64,000 nucleotides of DNA from a virus (IMGVR_UViG_3300015050_001523:192001-256000), one strand, 5' to 3'; counted from the stretch's first letter, positions 17,471 through 26,460 are shown. The notes: generated by a model not told the origin, from the letters alone. Translations and numbers: made by a program.

Positions 17471-18288
17471 TTACCTATATATGCTTCTTTATCAATAATT
17501 ATATCAATTTTATGATTTGGAAAATAATTTATTATTTTTTCATATCGCTTACAGGTTTTATTTTTTATTAACTCTAAAATTAGATTCTTCTGTGAAATAC
17601 TTTCTGCTCTTATTGTTAATTTTTTTTCGTTATAATCTCTAAGAAAGTCTACTGATTCAAAAGTATAAAAACCAGGATTTTTCATTTGATCTTCATATAA
17701 TTCATCATAATTGCTGCCCCAATTTTTAAGTTGGCATCCTATTTTACATATTCCAAAATCAAAAGAATTAAAAACATACCTTACAAAATCTGGCATGTTT
17801 TTATTATATTTATTAGGAGTTCGTATTTTAGAGTCTTTTTTCATTTGTATAAATTGAATATCCATTCCTAAAATATTTAAAGAAATAACATTCTCAATAT
17901 TTTGACTTTGTAAATATTCATTTGCATTTGCCTCATCTATTGAATCGAATATATCTTCTAATGATTTTGTTGGGTTGTTTTCAACTAGAAGAGTTCGTAT
18001 ATCAAGGCCATCACTTGAAACTCCATATGATAAAGATTTAGTTACTTCTTTAGTATCAACATCTGTAAAAGTATTTTTTAATTTTTCAAGATTAATTGGT
18101 TCATAGACATAAATGTCTAAATCTCTTGCTGGAATTTTGTAGTGCCAATTTCGTGGGGCACCACCAGCCAACAGTCCATTATTGTCATTGTCTTCCAAAA
18201 ATTTTAGAATTTCTCTAGCAATAGATTGCTGTTCTTTTATTATTTTAGTATTATTTTTATAATTTGTAGCTATATTTTCTAGTTTCAT
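17467..18288 (-). CDS. Nucleotidyltransferase (CCA-adding/poly(A)-polymerase head-like)
   Basis: LLAGGAPRNW...ARDLDIYV; IQFI; FDFGICKI. Confidence 0.8.
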   Translation of the reverse strand: MKLENIATNYKNNTKIIKEQQSIAREILKFLEDNDNNGLLAGGAPRNWHYKIPARDLDIYVYEPINLEKLKNTFTDVDTKEVTKSLSYGVSSDGLDIRTLLVENNPTKSLEDIFDSIDEANANEYLQSQNIENVISLNILGMDIQFIQMKKDSKIRTPNKYNKNMPDFVRYVFNSFDFGICKIGCQLKNWGSNYDELYEDQMKNPGFYTFESVDFLRDYNEKKLTIRAESISQKNLILELIKNKTCKRYEKIINYFPNHKIDIIIDKEAYIGK

Positions 18289-18290
18289 TT

Positions 18291-18524
18291 TTATTCCTTT
18301 ATTTTATAAAATGATTCTGTTTTTTGCAATTCGGCAGTTCGGCAGGAGCAGTCACCAGGCGTAATTCTTGTTGGTTTATGTGGTATTTTTAAGGCAGAAA
18401 AAAATCTATGTTTTAAATATTCAATGTCTTCATCTTCGTCGGTAGCATCACGCTCCATATGTTCTTCGCCATCACAAGGAGTCAGCGGGGTGTGTAGGTA
18501 TTTTTCTTGGTTGTAAGGATTCAT
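18291..18524 (-). CDS. Hypothetical protein
   Basis: 77-aa ORF overlapping the end of the AAA gene. Confidence 0.5.
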   Translation of the reverse strand: MNPYNQEKYLHTPLTPCDGEEHMERDATDEDEDIEYLKHRFFSALKIPHKPTRITPGDCSCRTAELQKTESFYKIKE

Positions 18525-19830
18525 TATTAGTTTGGGATTTTACCTTTGTTATCTCTAAAAAATTACTTCTAAAGTTTTTATTTTTTAGTTTTTTCTTTTT
18601 TCTATTTGATTTTATTGGTTCTGTTTGAGGATTTGGATTGACAAAATTTGATTCAGTCAATGACTTTCTTTCAATTTCATAAATCCTATTTTCCATATCG
18701 TCAAGCTCAAGCCTTGCCTGTTCTCTTCCCATTACTTTTTTTACTGTTTTATAATTCTGAATATATGCAATAGGCCAACTTGACATTTTTTCGGCTAAAT
18801 CAAAATCTTCTTCATCTAGCATTCCGGCAACCACTTCTGGGTCCAACCTATTTATTTCTATATGGTCGTCAAATCTTCCAACTCTCAACATGGCACCAAT
18901 CATTGAATTTTTATTGTTGCAAGTTGCCATAATGATCTTACAATATTTTCTAGCAGTTTCAAACAACTTTAGTATTGTCTGTTCTCCAATATACCCTCTA
19001 TCAATATCATCAATAATGATAATATCTGGTTGCAAGGCATTTAGTAACATTTCTAAATTTGCCGAAACGCTTATATATGAACCATCAGGCATTGGTTCGT
19101 TCAGAGATGCTAATGAGGCGCGTAAGCTCTTTAGTCCTAATTTCTTTATTATATGCATTGCTGCACTACTTTTGCCCGTTCCTGGTGGACCCTCAAGTAA
19201 ATAAGAACGAGTGATTCCATTCTCTCCATATTTTTGGAAAGATACTAATCTCTTTTCAAGTTCTTTCATTGCTCTTGTTTCTATTACTTCAAATCCAAGA
19301 TTCTCATCTGAAGGTACAAGTTCTCCAATTTTATCTAAAGTAATATTATTTGTTCCACTTGTAATCCATAATAATTTTCCAATTTCTGCTATTAAATTTT
19401 CTCTATCTTCAATTTTACAAAAAGATCTTTCTTTTGCTGTGTCTTTTTTTATCCAATAGACTTCAACCCCAGACAAAGCTCCTCTATTTAATGAAATTTT
19501 ATCATTAACAAGAAGAGTTTCTTCTTCTTGAATAAATTGAAATAATGTTTTTTCTAATGAATACGGAACTATATAATGAATTTTTGGATCAAAAAATGAT
19601 TGAGGATCTGTTGTATTTAATTTTAATATTTCATCATAAATTCTCAAACTAACATTTGTTAAGGTAGCACCTATACTAAAATAATCTAGTTTTTTAGGCT
19701 TATCTTTTACTAATAAAAGAGTTGAAGCTATTGATGATGTTATATCAATTACTTTTCTAATTCCTGAAATAATATTTTTATTGCGACTTCTTTTTTTATG
19801 ATTTGAAACTAAATTATCAATATTTTTCAT
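18472..19830 (-). CDS. AAA+ ATPase (single module, BCS1-like architecture)
   Basis: Walker A GPPGTGKS; Walker B IIIIDDID; MATCN; LRVGRFD. Confidence 0.88.
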   Translation of the reverse strand: MKNIDNLVSNHKKRSRNKNIISGIRKVIDITSSIASTLLLVKDKPKKLDYFSIGATLTNVSLRIYDEILKLNTTDPQSFFDPKIHYIVPYSLEKTLFQFIQEEETLLVNDKISLNRGALSGVEVYWIKKDTAKERSFCKIEDRENLIAEIGKLLWITSGTNNITLDKIGELVPSDENLGFEVIETRAMKELEKRLVSFQKYGENGITRSYLLEGPPGTGKSSAAMHIIKKLGLKSLRASLASLNEPMPDGSYISVSANLEMLLNALQPDIIIIDDIDRGYIGEQTILKLFETARKYCKIIMATCNNKNSMIGAMLRVGRFDDHIEINRLDPEVVAGMLDEEDFDLAEKMSSWPIAYIQNYKTVKKVMGREQARLELDDMENRIYEIERKSLTESNFVNPNPQTEPIKSNRKKKKLKNKNFRSNFLEITKVKSQTNNESLQPRKIPTHPADSL

Positions 19831-19833
19831 TTG

Positions 19834-20412
19834 TTATGGCATACTTTCTATTTTTTTAGAGAGATAAATATTTTCATCACTATCTACCATTTTAATTCGA
19901 TCAAATATTAATTTAAAATCTAAACTTTCTTTTGGAATAGATAAAGATTCTAAATCATCAGCATCTCCATAAAATAAAGCAAGATGTGAAATAAATTTTG
20001 GATATGTAGAAGCAGGTCCATTGTTGGTCTTGACTAATTTATCAATAATATCAAATAAGTCATCAATTTCCTTAGACTTTAATAATAAAGAAAGGCTATC
20101 TCCAAGAATATCTATTTTAGAAATATTTGCATCAAATTGATTCTCAAATTTTGTTTTGCTTAGGTCAGAAAGTATTTTTTTCTGATTTCCAATTTTTGAT
20201 TCCCACCATCTAATTGTTAGATGCAACTCTTCTTCAGGTAATTCAAAAATATTTGATATATTATTTTCTTTTTTTATTTTATTTCTATAAGAAACAATAT
20301 CAGATATTGTTTCTTTCGTTGGATATAACGCTATCATCATAGATTCTTCTTTTTTTGAATCTTTTGATTCCGTTACCAAGTAATTAATAAATTTTCTTAA
20401 TAGATTGCTCAT
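19834..20412 (-). CDS. 2H phosphoesterase (LigT/Acb1-like fold)
   Basis: ELHLTIRW and FISHLALFY (HxT and HxA boxes), about 80 aa apart. Confidence 0.7.
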   Translation of the reverse strand: MSNLLRKFINYLVTESKDSKKEESMMIALYPTKETISDIVSYRNKIKKENNISNIFELPEEELHLTIRWWESKIGNQKKILSDLSKTKFENQFDANISKIDILGDSLSLLLKSKEIDDLFDIIDKLVKTNNGPASTYPKFISHLALFYGDADDLESLSIPKESLDFKLIFDRIKMVDSDENIYLSKKIESMP

Positions 20413-20413
20413 A

Positions 20414-21094
20414 TTATATAGAAATTCTCATGCGATGATCTGGGAATAACTCCTCCATTTTTTCAAATCTTGAAACAAGTTTTTCCATGCCTTTTGAATT
20501 ATTTCTTTTTAATTGACTAATATTGACTGTAAGTGTTTTATTCTTTTTGTCTAATTCAAACATTTTTGAATTATAAAAATTTCCATTTTTATCCATTGCA
20601 GTCATGCATATTCCAAAATCATATGTTTTAAAAATTAAACGTGAGAAAGATTCTATATCTTTAATTTCACTACTATCTCCATCTATAATAATTAATTGAC
20701 AATCTTGACTATTAGAATTATTTAATTCATAAATTTTAGGAACTGAAAAATTATATAAATGACTTAAAACAAGTCCACTGTAAACATTTGAACTTGCTTG
20801 AACTTTCGCCTCATTAGGACCCAATTCTCCATATGTTGCTACAACACCTTCTAAAGACTTTAGTGTTTGTTTTTCAATTTCGTCTTTTCTAAACTCATCT
20901 CCATCATTATCAATTAACTTGCAAACATATATATCTAAATCTTTTGCAAGTTTTCCAAATTGCCAATTTCGTGGAGCGCCTCCTGCCAAAAGAACAAAAT
21001 CAAAATTATTTGAGACATCTTTAAGAATATTTAATGCTTGCTGTTTTTGAAAGTTTATTGCTTCAATGTTTTCAAATGCTTGAAATATTTTCAT
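20414..21094 (-). CDS. Nucleotidyltransferase, paralogue of 17467..18288
   Basis: LLAGGAPRNWQFGKLAKDLDIYV; YDFGICM. Confidence 0.8.
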   Translation of the reverse strand: MKIFQAFENIEAINFQKQQALNILKDVSNNFDFVLLAGGAPRNWQFGKLAKDLDIYVCKLIDNDGDEFRKDEIEKQTLKSLEGVVATYGELGPNEAKVQASSNVYSGLVLSHLYNFSVPKIYELNNSNSQDCQLIIIDGDSSEIKDIESFSRLIFKTYDFGICMTAMDKNGNFYNSKMFELDKKNKTLTVNISQLKRNNSKGMEKLVSRFEKMEELFPDHRMRISI

Positions 21095-21124
21095 ATTTCA
21101 AGCATATAATTTTTAATCTAGTTT

Positions 21125-21400
21125 TTATGTAGTTTCTTCTTCTGGTCCTTTGATGGTTTTTACATAAAAAACAGGCTCAACTTCCATAATTACTTTAATC
21201 TCATGAATTTTTGTATCAGGATCGCCAATTTTTCTTACTTTTAGATTCCATTCGGTCTTGCCTTCACAAATAGAATCTATATCTCTTTCTGCAAAATATC
21301 GCGCAGCATCTTCGTGATAATACGCGCTTTCTATTGGCTTATAATCTTTCTCATCTCCATTTTTAGGTTCCCATACATTATAGATACTTGCAATCTGCAT
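21125..21400 (-). CDS. Hypothetical protein
   Basis: 91-aa ORF. Confidence 0.65.
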   Translation of the reverse strand: MQIASIYNVWEPKNGDEKDYKPIESAYYHEDAARYFAERDIDSICEGKTEWNLKVRKIGDPDTKIHEIKVIMEVEPVFYVKTIKGPEEETT

Positions 21401-21402
21401 TA

Positions 21403-21615
21403 TTAATCCTTATCTGATAAAGTTAGAGATTTTGTTTCTCTAACTTTATACATTTTTTCAGCTGTCCATTCATGAAATCTTTCTCCAAGCGGCCTATAAA
21501 TAGCCATTAATGGATGTGCAAAAAAATTATGAATAAATCTCCAAAATGGAGAATAAATTTTTCTTTCAATTCTTTTCCATTTGATTTCTTTATCTTCGTT
21601 ATAATCAAAAAACAT
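21403..21615 (-). CDS. Phage hypothetical protein
   Basis: FWRFIHNFFAHPLM motif. Confidence 0.65.
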   Translation of the reverse strand: MFFDYNEDKEIKWKRIERKIYSPFWRFIHNFFAHPLMAIYRPLGERFHEWTAEKMYKVRETKSLTLSDKD

Positions 21616-21616
21616 G

Positions 21617-21865
21617 TTATTTTTTCTCCTTTGTTACTTTCTCAAATCTGTTAGCATAATAGCTCCATTCCATATATAAGTTATTGCTTATTCTTACTTG
21701 TATAGAGTCTATTATTTCTAGAATTTCATATTCGTTCCCAAGAATTAATTCTTGGGAGAATAAACCGCTAATATCAACAACTTTTACAATATCGCCAACT
21801 TTTAGATGTTTGATAGCGATGTTAGAAGCTATATCCCTCAATGAATGTAAATGATTATTGTGCAT
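21617..21865 (-). CDS. Small KOW/SH3-like protein
   Basis: LKVGDIVKVV...LILGNEYEI...YANRFEKV. Confidence 0.55.
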   Translation of the reverse strand: MHNNHLHSLRDIASNIAIKHLKVGDIVKVVDISGLFSQELILGNEYEILEIIDSIQVRISNNLYMEWSYYANRFEKVTKEKK

Positions 21866-21902
21866 TTAATCTTTGTAGTATAAAACTTTTTTAAAGTCAA
21901 GG

Positions 21903-22412
21903 TCAATCAGTTAAATTTTTCATTTCTATATTTTTTAATATATTAAATAAATCTATATTGATTGGAGAAAACGGTTCTATTTCTATGCATTTATTTTCAG
22001 AATTATGAATCCATCCTTTCTCTTTTACAAAAGAAACTTCTTCATTGCATTTCCTACATAACGAAGGCATGTTTTCCAAAAGGATAATTTTATCATCGAC
22101 TTTTATATTTTCTACAATAAATTCGGGCTTAACTGTTCCATATGGAGCACCTATGTCATAGTGATATTCTGTAAATAAATACTCATGATTAAATTTATTT
22201 CTTATTCCAATAAATCCTTTATTTTTTTCATTCCACACTCCATATCGAAGATTTCTGGAAAGGATCTTATAAATGCACCTATCTATAAGGTCCTCTATTT
22301 TAATATAATCCATGTCAAAAACATAACATATAAGCGTTCTTCTTGTCAAGAATTTTGATAAAAACTTGAAAAGATTATATATAATTGCTTGAATAAAATA
22401 ATGAATAATCAA
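21903..22412 (-). CDS. Phage hypothetical protein (true start probably MDYIKIE)
   Basis: YKILSRNLRYGVW...FIGIRNKF...FTEYHYDIGAPYGTV, a recurrent phage motif. Confidence 0.65.
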   Translation of the reverse strand: MIIHYFIQAIIYNLFKFLSKFLTRRTLICYVFDMDYIKIEDLIDRCIYKILSRNLRYGVWNEKNKGFIGIRNKFNHEYLFTEYHYDIGAPYGTVKPEFIVENIKVDDKIILLENMPSLCRKCNEEVSFVKEKGWIHNSENKCIEIEPFSPINIDLFNILKNIEMKNLTD

Positions 22413-22661
22413 AAATATCTACTATTTTCACTATTCCCAGAGACTCTGGCATTAGATTTTGGCTCTATCACAGTATTTCCAAACAAAGGAGAGGCACTAA
22501 GGGCAAAAGCATTTTTAAAGGGATTGAAAATGTTTGCTGTAATCCTTCCAGTTACAATGCTAGAAACCAAAGATGAATTTAAAGATTTATGGATAGAAAG
22601 ATCTAAAAATGACATTTTGGAGGCCATTAAGGCAAAATCAGATATAAATCATTCAATTTGA
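22389..22661 (+). CDS. Hypothetical protein
   Basis: 90-aa ORF starting the plus-strand block. Confidence 0.55.
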   Translation: MNKIMNNQKYLLFSLFPETLALDFGSITVFPNKGEALRAKAFLKGLKMFAVILPVTMLETKDEFKDLWIERSKNDILEAIKAKSDINHSI

Positions 22662-22684
22662 TTTTATAAGATATATTTAGTTTC

Positions 22685-23218
22685 ATGGCTGACGGATTAA
22701 ATGTTTTAGCTTTTAAATTGGATCAAGTTGTTCAGACACAAGAACGAACTGATAAAAAAGTCAGCGTTTTAGCTGATAAAATATTGAATCCAGAGTTTGG
22801 ACTCTCTTCTAAGGTTCAAACAAACAGTATTACAAACTCAAGAAATCGTGAAGATATTGATAAACTATATGAAAGAGTTGAAAAATTACTGTCTGTATGT
22901 GAATCCCATGAAAAAAGTGTCTCTTCTATAGAGGGATGGATGAAAAATCATGAAGAAAGGGACTCAGATTTAAGAAAATCTGTTACAATATTAGCAGACT
23001 CAATAACAAAAAAATTTGAAGAACAAGATAAGGTATTTAAACCAATTCAATTAGAACATATCGTAAGAACTTCAAATAAGGTTTGGAAAGATAAAGTTAT
23101 TTGGCTTATAATTTCAGCATTAATAACAGCATTGGCGCTCCCTCCAGCAATTAGGGCAATTAAAAGCTCATATGGAAATGGAGATTCTATAGAAAAAATA
23201 GAAAAAGTATCAGAATAA
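22685..23218 (+). CDS. Coiled-coil protein with C-terminal TM helix
   Basis: Heptad-rich body followed by VIWLIISALITALALPPAI. Confidence 0.7.
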   Translation: MADGLNVLAFKLDQVVQTQERTDKKVSVLADKILNPEFGLSSKVQTNSITNSRNREDIDKLYERVEKLLSVCESHEKSVSSIEGWMKNHEERDSDLRKSVTILADSITKKFEEQDKVFKPIQLEHIVRTSNKVWKDKVIWLIISALITALALPPAIRAIKSSYGNGDSIEKIEKVSE

Positions 23219-23226
23219 TTAAAAAA

Positions 23227-23307
23227 GTCCACGTAGTCGGCCATGTCTTCTAAGCATTGTAACCGTAACGGAATCTGAAATTGAAGGTTCGAATCCTTCC
23301 GTGGACG
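23227..23307 (+). ncRNA. tRNA-Arg(UCU)-like RNA lacking a D-arm, with an enlarged extra region
   Basis: Perfect acceptor GTCCACG/CGTGGAC; perfect T arm GAAGG-TTCGAAT-CCTTC; anticodon arm ATGT-CTTCTAA-GCAT; only 9 nt where the D arm should be. Confidence 0.8.
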
Positions 23308-23338
23308 CTTTAAGTTGACAACAGAGAATAGTTAAGGC

Positions 23339-23380
23339 ATAAAAAAGCCCTCTTAAAATATTTTAAGAGGGCTTTTTTAT
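23339..23380. terminator. Perfect 42-bp palindrome/bidirectional terminator
   Basis: ataaaaaagccctcttaaaatattttaagagggcttttttat. Confidence 0.85.
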
Positions 23381-23408
23381 TTCTAATTTTATGTTATAAC
23401 AAAATAGC

Positions 23409-24206
23409 ATGAATTTTAAAATTCAAATAGCAAATAGATTTGAAAAGAAAAAAATAGAAAATCAAAAATTGGTAGCAATAGAACCAATTATAAGTGGAAT
23501 TAGGTGCATTTCCATTATAAAAGATAATGATATTGATTTTTATTCCGCCAAAAATACAAAAATCAAAGAAGATTTTACTAAATTAATCAAAGAAGATTTC
23601 AAAACTCTTTTAAAAGAGGAGAAAATTGAAAATTTTTCTATATTTGATGGAGTCTTGTCAAAAACAGAAAATTATTACAATTATTTTATATTTGATTGGC
23701 TCCCATATTTTGAATGGGAAACACAGACACCCAAACTTACATGTCAAGAAACAAGAGAAAAACTAGAAGACATGCTATTTGCAACAAGCAAATTTATAAA
23801 ACTTGTTGTTAGAGATATTATTCCTCCTTCCAGCGTTATACCAATCCATAATGTTTATATTTCAAAAAAGTATAAAGGAACAATGGTAAAAATTTTAAGT
23901 TCAAAATATAGTTTTGGGAAAACATATAATGTTATGGAAGTAAAAGATTCTTATGATATCGATCTTGAAGTTACATCATTTGAAGAAGGACATGGAAAGT
24001 ATAATAAAATGCTAGGTGCAATTATTTCAAAATATGGTTCTTCATTTGTTAAAATAGACTCAGGATTTAGTATAGAACAACGAAAAGAAATTTGGGAAAA
24101 TAGAACAAAATTTAGAAATAAATTTGCTAATATTAAATACAAAAAAATAAATGACGGAAATTTGATCGAGCCATCATTCAATTTTTGGAAGGAAAATAAA
24201 AAATAA
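23409..24206 (+). CDS. ATP-dependent DNA ligase homologue with degenerate catalytic motifs
   Basis: EPIISGIRC (KxDG position), FDGVL, FIFDWL, KGTMVK, and OB domain DLEVTSFEEGHGKY..MLGA..SGFSIEQR. Confidence 0.8.
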   Translation: MNFKIQIANRFEKKKIENQKLVAIEPIISGIRCISIIKDNDIDFYSAKNTKIKEDFTKLIKEDFKTLLKEEKIENFSIFDGVLSKTENYYNYFIFDWLPYFEWETQTPKLTCQETREKLEDMLFATSKFIKLVVRDIIPPSSVIPIHNVYISKKYKGTMVKILSSKYSFGKTYNVMEVKDSYDIDLEVTSFEEGHGKYNKMLGAIISKYGSSFVKIDSGFSIEQRKEIWENRTKFRNKFANIKYKKINDGNLIEPSFNFWKENKK

Positions 24207-24208
24207 TC

Positions 24209-25531
24209 ATGGAAGAACAGCAATTTACAAAAACAATCAATAATGAAGAATATATTCAAACTTTGAAATCTGTTCTAGACGATATAGAGAAAATTTCAAA
24301 AGCTGATATAGCTGCCTATTTGACAAAAAATAAGACATTCATTTCTGAGCGCCTTTCTACTTTATTAAGACATACTGTTGACAATGGAAGTCCATTGGCT
24401 CGGCTTATAAAAAAACAAATACTTGAAGCCGCATATAACGCAGAAAAGGCTGGGGCTGATTCCACTAGATTTTTTATTGCTTTTGTTTTGAATTTAATTC
24501 AAACTCTTTTAAAGAATTTAGAAAATGAAAATATTCCTAATATAGTCAAAAAATTAGATTTTGACTATCGAGAAATATCAAATAGAATTATCGAAGAAAC
24601 AAAACCTGCAACTTGGGAAGATATTGTCGAATGTGTGACTAAATCAAGCGACAATGAAATGTTATCTAAAATGGTTTTAGAAGCTGTTGAATTGGCAGGG
24701 CTAGAAGGAAACATAATTCCAGGAGGCTCTTCAAATGGAAAGTATTCAGTTGAATTGGTTTTGGGATATAACTTTCCAGTGTCAACCTATCCATTATTTA
24801 CAAGCGAAGATGGTGGAAGATGGGGCCGAGGAGATGTTAGGGTTCTTGTCGTTGATGGAATAATCGAGAGAGCGTCAGAACTTCATAATTTCTTCACAGA
24901 AGCGTATAGCAACGAAAAGCCTCATCTTATTGTTGCTCGTGGTTATGGAGAAGAAGTTATTGCAACAATATCTGCCAACAAGAAATTAGATATTTGTCCA
25001 ATTAGAATTCCTTGGGAAATTGAAAGTATAAATTTTATTGCTGATATTTCTATAGTGTGCGGTTCTAAAATTGTATCTACAATGAAAGGAGACTCTGTTG
25101 CAACCATTGTTTATGATGAACTTCCAATCGTAGATAAAGTTATATGCACAAAAGAAAATTTAAATATAATAAACAATAAAACACAGCAGACTGTCAGTTC
25201 TCATATTTCAGATCTTTCAGAAAGGAGAGAAAATACTCATATAGAAGAAATGTCTGAACTTATAAATAAAAGAATAAAGGCATTAAATTCTCATACTGTT
25301 CATATTCGTTTAGGTTCTCTGACAGAGCAACAAAAAATGAAAGAATTAGAATCTATTGATTATTCTTTAAGAATTGTTAAAAGAATTTTAAATAAAGGAA
25401 CGATTTATATGAGAGAGCTTGGATTTAATGAAAAAATGCCAACAACCTCTGTATTGTCGGCACTTTATTATGGAATTTCTCTTGCTAAATCTCTTATTTC
25501 TATAGATTTGGCAATAATGAATGATGATTGA
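24209..25531 (+). CDS. Divergent GroEL-like (group I) chaperonin, short, ATPase motif degenerate
   Basis: Colinear with GroEL: AGADSTRF (GDGTTT position), AGLEGNI, VLVVDGII, LIVARG, IADISIVCG, RIKALNSHTVHIRLG. Confidence 0.8.
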   Translation: MEEQQFTKTINNEEYIQTLKSVLDDIEKISKADIAAYLTKNKTFISERLSTLLRHTVDNGSPLARLIKKQILEAAYNAEKAGADSTRFFIAFVLNLIQTLLKNLENENIPNIVKKLDFDYREISNRIIEETKPATWEDIVECVTKSSDNEMLSKMVLEAVELAGLEGNIIPGGSSNGKYSVELVLGYNFPVSTYPLFTSEDGGRWGRGDVRVLVVDGIIERASELHNFFTEAYSNEKPHLIVARGYGEEVIATISANKKLDICPIRIPWEIESINFIADISIVCGSKIVSTMKGDSVATIVYDELPIVDKVICTKENLNIINNKTQQTVSSHISDLSERRENTHIEEMSELINKRIKALNSHTVHIRLGSLTEQQKMKELESIDYSLRIVKRILNKGTIYMRELGFNEKMPTTSVLSALYYGISLAKSLISIDLAIMNDD

Positions 25532-25534
25532 TTC

Positions 25535-26428
25535 TTAGATTGTTTTTTCTTTTGAAGGATTTGGTTTAGTAACTGCTGATATTTTTTCAAAAGCTTTTTT
25601 GATAGCTGGATCTATCTTTTGCCCGATTTTTTCCATAAAAGAAATTGCCTCTAAGTATGATTTCTTTTGTTCTGGTGTTAATTTTTGAAGAACATTTGCA
25701 AGATTTTTTGGACCTTGTGAGGCATTAGGATCAGTTTCTGGAGATAGTTCTGATACATCTTCTTGTGAAATAGGTACTTGAAGCTTTGTTCCAGATGCGC
25801 GTGCAACAAGACCTTTTAATTCTTGCAAGTCAAGATCTAAAATTTGTTCAACAGCTGCTTTTGCATTTATTTTAAATTGGTTGAAAAGTCCAGCAATACT
25901 AGATGGTACTTTAAAAGCATTTAATAGCATTTTTTCAATTCTTGGAATAGATTTTGTATCGTTTGCCTTCTCAGCAACTCCTCTTAGGGAATTTGGATTT
26001 TTTGCAGGACTTCCGGTAACTAACGGATTGGAATCTCCCATTTCTGTTGGTCCACTACCTGAAATTGCTTCACTTACGGCAGACTTCATTAGAGGCCCAG
26101 CAATTGAAATAATTGATGGAAATGATCTAAATATTGAAACAAGTTGAGTTTGTAATGCTATTATGCTTGATATTTGTTTTTTTTCTATTGATTCTCCACC
26201 TAATGCTGATGCAAGCTTTCTAACAAATCCAGGACTTGAAACTTTTGCAACAGCATCTCTAGCCACATCTAAAACTTCTGTTATTGCTGGTATTTCGGCC
26301 GATCCAACAATTTGATCCAATTTATCAAACATTTGTGCGATTTTGCGCAATTCATTTTCATCAATGGCTTCTAACAAAATATCAAATTGGGCTTTATTAT
26401 ATTTTTCTTGTAATGAGACAGTTTTCAT
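25535..26428 (-). CDS. Helical hypothetical protein (possible internal virion protein)
   Basis: 297 aa, Ala/Lys/Ser-rich, isolated on the minus strand. Confidence 0.6.
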   Translation of the reverse strand: MKTVSLQEKYNKAQFDILLEAIDENELRKIAQMFDKLDQIVGSAEIPAITEVLDVARDAVAKVSSPGFVRKLASALGGESIEKKQISSIIALQTQLVSIFRSFPSIISIAGPLMKSAVSEAISGSGPTEMGDSNPLVTGSPAKNPNSLRGVAEKANDTKSIPRIEKMLLNAFKVPSSIAGLFNQFKINAKAAVEQILDLDLQELKGLVARASGTKLQVPISQEDVSELSPETDPNASQGPKNLANVLQKLTPEQKKSYLEAISFMEKIGQKIDPAIKKAFEKISAVTKPNPSKEKTI

Positions 26429-26460
26429 GATATAATAGTCCTATAGCATTAATTATCAAC

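Noticed and set aside
17467-21094. The NTases plus AAA ATPase as a phage-borne type III CBASS
   Set aside because: The NTase motif is CCA/poly(A)-polymerase-like (GGAPR..DLD), and no HORMA or effector gene is recognisable.
23227-23307. Intron-containing tRNA or tmRNA fragment
   Set aside because: The extra sequence lies in the variable region, not the anticodon loop. An intact anticodon loop is present, and there is no tag ORF or tmRNA-type acceptor end.
4943-26450. ATA(C/T/A)TTA motif just upstream of starts at 4956, 22685 and 26428 as a late promoter
   Set aside because: Only three loose instances in a very AT-rich background; needs a genome-wide enrichment test.
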